DNA of 63,500 nt, filler included, from Collodictyon triciliatum (lineage: Eukaryota): assembly GCA_043381765.1 (NCBI GenBank). It is 5 parts of 5 records of this genome, joined end to end, with 100 filler letters (N's around TTAATTAATTAA, not from the genome) between each part and the next. Parts side by side here need not be neighbours in the genome. Positions count along the whole stretch, not along the records: positions 33,397 to 51,210 come from JBHJMP010001538.1; 4 more parts are not named here. One strand, written 5' to 3'. The notes beneath the pieces are model-generated. The model was not told where the DNA came from and made no database searches. It worked only from the letters and a program-made list of their open reading frames with translations. The position numbers and the translations under genes are program-made. This document shows positions 36,801 to 46,528 of this stretch, piece after piece. Numbering within the stretch: position 1 is the first letter of the stretch; every line of letters starts with the position of its first letter.

Positions 36801-38160
36801 TTTCATTTCTGTACGATGGCAATAGTCCTGCATTGGTGGTGATGAATATCATATTGGTCGCGGTGATAGATTGGATATTAATCGGCACAAGTATGAAATA
36901 AAATGGTGTTGAAGCGATTCAAACGTCTCAGTTCAATTTTTGATCAATTATAAGACTGTGAACTTTATCATGATAAATGAAACATCATGAATAATTACAT
37001 CATATAAGTTTTGTGAGAATTTCCCTTCGGGCTCTGGTTGACTTTGAAATTGAGCAAGAAGTTCTTCATAATCATGTTTGGCCTTTTCGTATCTTTTCTT
37101 TGCTTTCTATTTAATTATCATCAATTTCGTTGAGCAAACCGTGCAGTAGGAAGAGACAACAACAATATTATCTCACCTCGTACTCTGCAAAATCAACCTC
37201 AAGAAGACACTTTAAAGGGGTTATAAAATGCGTACTTAGGTGGTTTTCCTATATGTTAGTGTTGGTATTCTAAGTGTTTTTTCCCTTTATGGTATACTTT
37301 GTGTTGTTGAAAAAAATGGATTTAAGATGATCAAGGTAATCGTGTGATATTTAAATGTTCGATTATTATATCTAACCATAAGGGATATCATTTCGCAGAA
37401 AAAAGTTTGGATCTTGCCAAGGGAACTTAAAGCATGCGCTAGAGTGATTGTGGAATAAGAAAGAAAAGTACATTAAAGATATATCATATTGTCATAATAG
37501 CAGTGACATTATTAATGTGGTATAGTTTATATACTTTTTTTTTTTTTTTTAGAATCGTACCAACTTCTGGTATTTGACATTCGCAGCTAGACCACCCAGA
37601 CATAAATTTGGCAAATGAGAACCCTTTCTGGCTGCAAGCTTGAAATATATCGATAAATGGTCATATGAATAAAGAGATGTCAAACGGTCAATACGTATGT
37701 CTACTTTGCCAAACTACCTTTACATCATATATGTTAAAAATCTATGGGTTATAAGTACGCACCCAATAACAACCTACTTTGGATCTACAAAAAAAAAAAA
37801 AGTACACATACCTTGTAAACTTTCGCTGAACTGCATGGCTTCGTTGATCAACTCGTGTATACTTGCGTTGGCTCTCTTAACATCCTAAGAGATAAGATAT
37901 ACATGTTACATTTAATCAGGTCTTTGGGTGCTGATCTCTCTCAGCTGTAACGCTATCCTCCCCAAGGGAAATATATGCTCGACGTAGTTCTTGTATACAT
38001 ATCTAAATCTGAAGATCCCTGGCAAGCGTCGCAAAAGCGGATGAGAAAGGGAAGGAAGTTATATAGATAAATTCAATAAACCTCTTGCTGCTTGACAAAT
38101 GAAGGACTTTCTTCCAATCGCTTTACAACTGGACTTGGTTGTTGAATCCATTTTGAGATT
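33859..38160 (-). CDS. BAR-like coiled-coil + RasGAP domain protein (start probably in further upstream exon near 38.5-38.7 kb)
   Basis: N-terminal exons LEESPSFVKQQE-DVKRANASIHELINEAMQFSESLQ...HFITPLKCLLEVDFAEYE-KAKKRYEKAKHDYEELLAQF resemble ACAP/APPL-type BAR. RasGAP motifs: arginine finger STLFRAS (~35670), FLFLRLYGPALMTPEAFGI, RRGLVLVAKVLQNLANGIKFGEKESYMTPANPFI; stop 33859-33861. Confidence 0.85.
34341..34453. repeat. (TGTA)n microsatellite (second tract at 56047-56140)
   Basis: Direct reading; both intronic. Confidence 0.9.
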
Positions 38161-39577
38161 CTACAATATAGTTTTTTTGAAACGAAAGGCTTAATCATTA
38201 AAGAGAAATGTGCGATCAGAAAGAAAAATGGATTATTTTTTTTGGTTTCTTTTCAACAGTTTATTGAGAGAAAACAAGAAGAAAGAAAAATGGATAATTA
38301 AACAACACAGATTTCGATAACAACGAAGCAAAAAAAAAAAAAAAAAAAGTGATCTTTTAGAAGTATATCTTCCTATGTCATTTGTACTGCAAGGATCAAG
38401 GGTTGGCGAAAAAGGAATTAAAGAATGATATAAACATGAGACAAGAAATAATATTTAGTTATTCATTTAAAACAGGAAAATCCAACACGTTTTCAGGTTG
38501 GATATAATTGTGGCTTCATTAGATACAAACCTTCTCCATGGAACAGTGGGGGGATTCATATAAAAGTGAAAATCGGATCCTTGTGTTCGTGAAGTCTACG
38601 TTATTTGTGGAATACCTGGCACGAGTTATTCCCCCAGTTTGGTTTATTGAAGAGAGTATGAGAGAAGACAGCCAAGCACGAAGCGTTCAGGGGATTTAAT
38701 ATTTCATCGCTCGAGCAACAAACACCGTTTGAGATGACAGAAATGAAAGGAAAAATAGGTCGGCCTGAGAACCATAAACGGCATTTAGAGTTAAAAAAAA
38801 AAAATGAAATGAAAAAAACACGAAATAAAAACCTTGAGGGATGTGGCAGGTTTTGCTGTGTGGATCAGCCTCTGTTGACAGCAAACTCAGAGGCAATTTT
38901 TTTTTTCCTTTATTCGATTCAAAGTGACTCAGAGGCAATTTTAATCAGCATACTTAATTTATCGTTTATAAAATACCGTATAATATCCTCGGCCTGTTCC
39001 CAATGTTCCCCGTCTTTGGGAAGAGTCTTAAATTTTTTCAAATAAATTTCTACTTCAGCTGATATTTACTGAACCTTCAAACTTTTTAATTAATTGTGGA
39101 TTATAAATATTTATATTATTTTAGCTCATTTTAATGGCCGAAAAATATATATATTTTATTTTTCCAAAAATTAATATTAAGATATAACTATGTATTTGTA
39201 CATTTCGAGCGTTCCCAATTACGTTGCTTGTCCACAGGGAATCCGCATATCCATTCTATCGCGCTCGCGCTACCCAAGGCTGCGTATAAAAGACACGGCA
39301 AACGCGCCCGAGTATCAACATAGTCACAGCATCAGACAATTATTTAAAGGATGGAGCTACTGTGTGGGATGAACTAAGTCCCTCGCGGCGCACAAGACTC
39401 AGTTGCGGTCAAGAAGGGAGACCAATGACCACAGACTCAGCACTATGGACGTCTGCGAGGCCGACTCTCACGCCTGGATTTCTGCCATTCCGCTTCTCCT
39501 TTGCTTGGATGTGAGCGCAAAGCGTGTCTCAAACACTGACGCACACTTGCGACTTTTTCTATGACCGACAGACAACA

Positions 39578-39816
39578 ATGGCGCGCACTGCATTCTCTCT
39601 GGCAATTCTCGCCGTAGCCTTTTGCCTCGCTGTCGCTGCGCAAGACTTTGACGTCCGCAAGCATCTTGCCAGCAAGACACCCTATTATCCCCAGCAGGTG
39701 CGTTGAGTACTCACGCTTAATTCTCTTACAGACGATGATTCCGTTTCGTTTTCATTCTCTTCCTGTCTGCCTAGTATTTTTTTTTTTACTCGTCATATTC
39801 GTTCTTATTGTTTGCA

Positions 39817-39868
<52 letters not shown>

Positions 39869-42290
39869 GTTTTATTCAAAATAATTTTTTTTAGGACTTC
39901 AGCCAACACACACCCGCCCCAGCAGGTTGCAGTCCCCTCCACCTCAACATCGCAGCCCGCCATGGAACCCGCAATCCGAGCGACGGAGATATTGAAGGTA
40001 TGAACGTATTTATGTGGTTTATTGTGATTATGATTATGATTATGATTATTTAATTATTTACTTATTGAGAGGAAAATTGACGAAACAGTGTAGTTTTGAC
40101 GGTTTTTTTGTAAAAAAAAAAATGAGGAACTCCGTGACGATACCTGTCTATTTGTGAAGCACTTCCTTATGTCTTTGTGCAAGATCAAGTACTAATGCGT
40201 CTCGACTTTGACAGATTACGATGCACTCATCTCTCAAATTCAGAAATATAAGCACCTCATCCCCGACACCTTTGCCTATATCAAGAACTGGACAAATCCA
40301 TTTGATGTTCAGGATGAGAGCAAGCTTGTCCTTCTTGGTAAGGATCAAAATGTGGCAACAGCGCAGTCGCCCAGTCGCCCAGTCGCCCAGTCTTGCATTT
40401 TCATTTCTCATTTTTCTTAACATTTTAAGGTAATCGTGTGTACTAGGAATTTGATTTATTTGCTTCAACTTTTTTTTTTTTTATAGGTCGCCAGGAACAT
40501 TACCAGTTGGCCAAGCGCTTCAAAGCTGCATATCCGAATATCTTCGCCGACAAGTATGACACTGACATAGTTTTCTTCCGCGCCACTCAAGAGCAGCGGT
40601 AATACCCAGCTTACTAACAATACAACATTTCGGATTGAATAACCATTCACATTTTTTTCAAGTTAGTTATAAGAAGCATATTGATACCAATCACAATGTG
40701 TGTACATGAGAATATTAACATATATTGACTCATAGTGCGGTTCTATCTGCTGACTCATTCGGCTACGGTCTCTTCGAGAGACTTGGGTCCATAGGAAATG
40801 ATAACTATGAGCCCAGATTTATTCTTTCAGACACAGAGAGCCAGGACTACATTCTCAAATACTATGATAATTGCCCACTTTACACCGCCCTCGTTGATGA
40901 CAACGATGACACTCAAGTAAGCAAGAATATCCNNNNNNNNNNNNNNNNNNNNNNNNNNNNNNNNNNNNNNNNNNNNNNNNNNNNNNNNNNNCCCCCACGT
41001 ACTCCATTCTTCTCTATTACATATAACGACAATACATAGTACGCGTTTTTCTTTTGAATGGCTTATTTATATATCTTGTACCATAACCTACATCTGATAA
41101 TCCAACAATAGTATGAGTTCGACATGTATGAGAGCCTCGTTGTCCCCCCAATTGCGTCACGCCTTACAGCTATTCTCGGTGTTGGATCTGCATGGAACCT
41201 TACAACCAATGAGGCCTTAACCGCGTGGGCTGCCTGCCAATCAGAAGCCTCCTTGTTTGAAAAGTACGAATGGTGCTCGCTTTTCCGTCAAAGTGAAGTC
41301 GAACAACTGGAATATCTGGAAGGTATGAAACATTCCAAATGATGCGGTGCATACTCGGTTGATTTCTGGTAGCTCATTTACTTAATAATTACCATGTAGA
41401 CCTCGATGACTACTACTCAAAAGGCTACCCCTATGAGATCAACTATCGCATGACCGCCCCACTTCTTCAGGATATCTTCAATTCGATGAAGGATGCCATC
41501 AACCGCGAAACGAGACAAAAGGCCAACCTCCGCTTTGCCCATTCTAGCACCATCGTCTCCCTTCTTGTTCGACTTGTGAGTTATGCAAAAGATTACTATA
41601 TCTGATCATGTATGGAAAATATAATATATTGATTCATTGTAAAAACTTACTGATTCGTAGGAATTGTTTCATCGGTAGGCAATGACAAAAACTTTTTTTT
41701 TAAAATAAAATAAAATAATTAGGGTCTCTTCAAAGACGCTTACACACTGACCCACGACCTTCCTCAAAGCCGCATTGACGCTCGCGTGTGGCGCACAAGT
41801 GTCTTGTCCCCAATGGCAACAAACCTTGCCGCGATCTTATACGAGTGCCCTCGTAGTCCAGTCACCCGGCACTATATCAAGGTATTCATGGACATAAGAC
41901 AAAAGTGCTTCGCTCTTCTTCTTTCGCTATCTTTTCGAGATAAGGATGGTGTGCTTGGTTATTGGGCTGCAGATCCATAGCATTAAAACATGACGTATTT
42001 GATGAACCTCGTGAAATAGTATACAGATCAAGTATATTGCCAACGTCCGATTGTTAATAAACTATTCTTTTATGTACATCCCTCTCCTCTGTGGCTACAT
42101 GCAGTTCCTCGTGAATGAGAAGGAGTACATCGCGCAAGGGTGCGACTCGGTCTACTGTCCATTCGAACAGTTTGCCACAGCATACTCTGAGGCCATTAAC
42201 GACAACTTCGAAGAGGTCTGCGCACTCCCAGAGCCCAAGCACAAGAAGCCAGCCTCAAATGCCGTGCCCGTGACTCTCAATCTCCGCTAA
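39578..42290 (+). CDS. MINPP1: Multiple inositol polyphosphate phosphatase-like histidine acid phosphatase (branch 2), secreted/ER
   Basis: Signal peptide MARTAFSLAILAVAFCLAVAA; HLASKTPY; catalytic RHGTRNP (~39958-39978); LEYLEDLDDYYSKGY; LRFAHSST; WRTSVLSPMATNLAAILYEC; FLVNEK...CDSVYCP; stop 42288-42290. Confidence 0.9.
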
Positions 42291-42454
42291 GCGTATGCCA
42301 CAACCCCCGTCTCGTCCATTCCAACTACAGGGGAACCGACATCTTCGCCAGTTTCATAGCTATAAACACTGGTACTGGAATGGTCATACCCGGCTGTCTG
42401 CGATTGGAATTGAAACTGGAGCTTCCTCTACCAACAGATATTGTTTCATTTATC

Positions 42455-42898
42455 TTGTCTTCTTCTCTTCTTTTTCTCTTTTTCTCCTTTTCTTTGTTTT
42501 ACTTTGTTTAAGTTTGTTTCACTTTTTTCTTTTTCTTTTTCTATCTCTATCTCTATCTCTATCTCTATCTCTATCTCTATCTATCTCTTTCTTTTTCTCT
42601 TTCTTTTCTTTTTCTTTCTCTTTCTCTTTCTCTTTCTATTTCTATTTCTATTTCTATTTCTATTTCTCTTTTCTCTTTTGTTTTTTCTCCTTTTTTGATC
42701 TTTTCTTTTTCTTTTTTCTTTTTTCTTTTTCTTTTTTCTTTTCTTTTTTCTTTTCTTTTTTCTTTTCTTTTTTCTTTTTATTTTTTCTTTCTCTTTTATC
42801 TTTTGTTTTTTTCTCTTTTCTTTTTTGTTTTTTCTCTTTTCTTTTTTCTTTTTTCTTTTTTCTTTTTTCTTTTTTCTTTTTTCTTTTTTCTTTTCTTT
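42455..42898. repeat. Long polypyrimidine low-complexity tract including (CTATCT)n and (TTTTC)n
   Basis: Direct reading; between MINPP1 3' end and the Fanzor region. Confidence 0.85.
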
Positions 42899-43609
42899 GG
42901 TCTCATTCAGCCTGTAAATGGATAACCATCATTGCAAAGGTTGTGACGAACTTGGTTTTATCCCTTTCAGGACACTGCACTTTTTATACAACGAAAGTGT
43001 TCTCACATATAGCGGTTTATTGCACAGACAACCATCGAATTAAATCTGAATTGACAAAAGCAGGAGCTTTGATGAATCCAAGAAGCAACCCGAATGATAT
43101 AATAGAATGATTAGTATATAATAAGATTAAAAATACTTAATAATCTCATTCTATTCATATAATCAGCTTATATTTTATTTTCCATTTATGCAATATTATC
43201 AATATCATTAAAAAACTACAAACAATACCTTGCGTTGGCCCAGACAGAACCCACGCTATAAACCTGCCACCAAACATGCATATAAAAAAAAGCATATTAT
43301 CCACACTTGCGGCGGTAATCATATTGCTTGGGGCCGATATGTTGACTTTCAGTCTCAATGGCAAAACAGCCGTCCTTTCGAACTTGCCGAAACAGCTCTC
43401 AGCGTTTTGTCTCAAATCACTCATAAAAAAAACTTTGTGTGTCTGTTTGCCACAATGTGCACATTTTGAAAGACTCGGTAGATGCTTAATTTTACATAAT
43501 TGATTTTATGCAGTTTTTATTTTTATTAAATTGACAGATTGGTTACAGTTTTATTAAAATTGAAAACTCGGTAGTTTTCTAAAAGAAAAAGTAAAACAAA
43601 GACTTTCAG

Positions 43610-45508
43610 ATGAAGAAAAGAAAACGTCTTGAGTCTGAGAAACTAAAGTATGTAAAGCCACAGTATCGAAATGTGAAAACATCTCTTAAGTCGATTGTAA
43701 AGAATGCGGATGACTATTACAAAATCAACGATATGGTTTTATTGTGTCATAATTTGGTTACCCACACTTATCTGTTTGCAAGATGTTACATATTGAAATC
43801 AAAACAACTCCTAACAATCGATGAAATGGTTTTTTTTTTTTGTAAGCTTTAAAGGCAGTCGGAGTAGCTTCACAAGATAGACCACCAAGTTGAAAATCCA
43901 GATATGAGAGATGACATGATGACTTTTTATCTCAATGATTTTCGAATCCTTTTGTCCCAATAAGAACGCTTTCTGTTGTTTGGACTGCCTCATGTATTAC
44001 CTTACTTGGTGAAGCAAATGCTAACAGCTTATCATAATAACATTAAGGAGCACTTTGTAAGGAGGTTTCTGCGCTTTATAAATCAAACAGTTCCTAAAGA
44101 TGAGGATATGATGGAAGCTATTAAAAAGGCAGAGTTACGAAAGTGAAAAAAAAAGCCATCTTCATGAAACTCGACATACCGGAACAAGATAAAGGATGGG
44201 CTAAAATGCATTTGAATCGTATCATTCCCAGCGATATTGTAAATGGTATCGATTATGATATCAAAGCCAATCCAGATGAGTAAATTCCAAGTCTGATTTA
44301 CATGAATCGCATTTTTGAGGACAGTGGAACCAAACTACTACAACCAATCCCTGTAAGAACTAACAATATACCATGTCATGTTACTCCAGATACTGCACGT
44401 TTGATAGATCTATTAGTATCAACTGAAAAAGCATCATTACTGAAGAATATATCAGGATGCAAAGAGACCCTATGGAATGACTTCTTTGAAATAAAGAAGA
44501 GGGTCTTTCATCTAAGAGTCTACAATTTTAAATGCATGATACAAACAGACGGCTTGGCGGTGTCACTATTGTTTTAATAGTAAGGTTTATCAAATTCAAA
44601 ATTCCAATAAAATCAATAACCCCCCCCTCCCAAGTATATTTATATAGATGAACTTTCCGAAGAGCATTTATCTTGATTAGCGACAAAAAAAAATAGTTGT
44701 AGTGGACGCAGGCAAGTTTAATATGGTTTAGATGGTGGATGAGACAGGCAAGAAATTACGTTACACGGCACACCAAAGAAGACATGATAACAAATCTCTT
44801 TAAAGTTACAAAATTTTCTTGCGCGAGAAAAAAGAATAGTACAATGCTTCAGGGATATGCATTCCAACATATTCACAAAGTGCTATTTCTTTTGGTCACA
44901 TGACTTTTGAAGAGAATCAACAGTTTGAGACATCAAGAGTATCTTTAATCGATTTAGAGACATAATTGAGTAAACAAAATTCATGCACGGTCGAATCTGA
45001 AAAATTTCGAGAATATGTATCTATGAAATCGAAGTTACCAGATATAATTATTCAGATTTTATGAACACGTAACTTTTCGAAAGATGGGATGGAGACAGTA
45101 TGCTAATACAAAAAGAAGTGAACGATTGTTTATGGACCGAATCGAAAAGACATTTGGCAAGGATGTTGTACTGGCGTACGGAGACTGGAGCAGAAAAACT
45201 CTGATGAAACATTTTATGCCATCAATCGGAAGAGGATTGCGAAAAATACTATCCAAACGTTTTGAACCAGTTAGTGCAGATGAATTTAGAACCTCCAAGA
45301 TGTGTCACAACTGCGAAAAAGAACTGGAGTCTTTGACACTGAAAAGAAACTCAAAAAAATGTATAGATGTATCATATGTAAAGAATGCAATCATTCAGAA
45401 AGCAAACAAAGTGTATTTTCGACAAGGGACTTAAACAGCGCTAAAAATATACTCAAGAAAATTCTTTTAATCCTTCAAAATATGCCTACACCTTCCTCTA
45501 AAAAATAG
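43610..45508 (+). pseudogene. Decayed Fanzor1-type (eukaryotic TnpB-like) RNA-guided RuvC endonuclease gene
   Basis: Collinear fragments across frameshifts and stops: MKKRKR..KTSLKSIV; YHNNIKEHFVRRFLRFIN; YDIKANP..IYMNRIFE..QPIPVRTNNIP; IQTDGLAVSLLF; RuvC-I IVVVDAGK (D at 44705-07); LRYTAHQRR; FYEHVTFRKMGWRQY..RSE; VLAYGDWS; RuvC-II ADEFRTSKMCHNC (E at 45282-84); CKEC; RuvC-III RDLNSAKNI (D at 45428-30). In-frame stops e.g. 43961, 44281, 44729. Confidence 0.88.
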
Positions 45509-45627
45509 ACTGTCGGGTCTTTCCTGGCAGCCTTCACCACCACACAATCTTTGTGAAAAAAGTGTTGGGATCTTGTATACTTGCGGACCAGGTTTAATCA
45601 ATCTTTCGACTGGTATACTCTTACTAG
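45480..45627 (+). ncRNA. Candidate Fanzor omegaRNA scaffold / element right end
   Basis: Directly 3' of the Fanzor ORF: hairpin CTGTCGGG/CCTGGCAG (45510-45530, 8 bp with two G-U), hairpin CACAA/TTGTG (45543-45555) with imperfect extension, bulged stem GTAT..ACCAG/CTGGT-ATAC (45575-45618). Position matches known TnpB/Fanzor omegaRNA placement; boundaries are inferred. Confidence 0.45.
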
Positions 45628-46251
45628 TTTATATATAAAACGAAAAAATGAAAACGATGATTGCCACAATTGTGCGCGAGATTCCTTCACTGCGTAATTC
45701 ATCCAAACGGAATTGGAATTTCCACAAGAGTAATTCCACAAATGGAACAGCTGTCATTGTCACTTGAACGATCTCGGCCTGCTGCCAGCGAAGTGTCGGG
45801 AAAGGATGAAAACCAAAAATGTGGATGTGAGCAAGAAAAGGACAGCCCCGATACCTCTGCGATCTTTTTCGTTTGCAGCGCAGTCATTTCGGCATTCTCC
45901 TTCACTCTCTTAGATATCTGTTCAACCTTTCGTGGGCATTTCATTCATTTGCTTTTTCATTTATGTACTTGCCTAAACACATCGCAGTATGTTTTTCTTT
46001 ATGCTTGTCATATATACCACGCTCTTATTCTTTTTTTCTTCTTCTTCTAAGAAATGACACACCCAGATAACAGAGACCGCGGGTGACAAGAATGAAAGAA
46101 AAGATTCACGAAACTGTTTATGTTTTTGTTTTTGTTTTTTGTTTTTTGTTTTTGTTTTTGTTTTTTGTTTTTTGTTTTTTGTTTTTTGTTTTTTGTTTTT
46201 TGTTTTTTGTTTTTGTTTATGTTAATGATAATGATAATGATAATGATAATG

Positions 46252-46282
<31 letters not shown>

Positions 46283-46528
46283 GGATAGTAGTGATTGTTG
46301 ATAACAATCATAACAATATATATATATACTTTACAGCTTGTCAAGTCACCCAATAAACACATCCCCACTCTCACACACGTAACCATATTCAAGAGGAAGA
46401 AAGCGTGGGATCAGCTTTTCTTTTCCTGCCTGCCCAGCTCGCCTTTGGTTCCCACTTCGGTCGAACCAAACAAACCAACAAAAACAAAAAAAACAAAAAA
46501 CGAAAGGCAAATAAAGCCACATCTGCAA

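Noticed and set aside
42295-43110. 271-aa Phe/Ser-rich ORF and the many poly-I/L/F/K ORFs in the track
   Set aside because: Translations of microsatellites and polypyrimidine tracts; ORFs with X runs simply read through N gaps.
43610-45508. Alternative genetic code as the explanation for stops in the Fanzor ORF
   Set aside because: Stops are of all three types and accompanied by frameshifts, while host genes end normally at TAA/TAG/TGA; decay is simpler.
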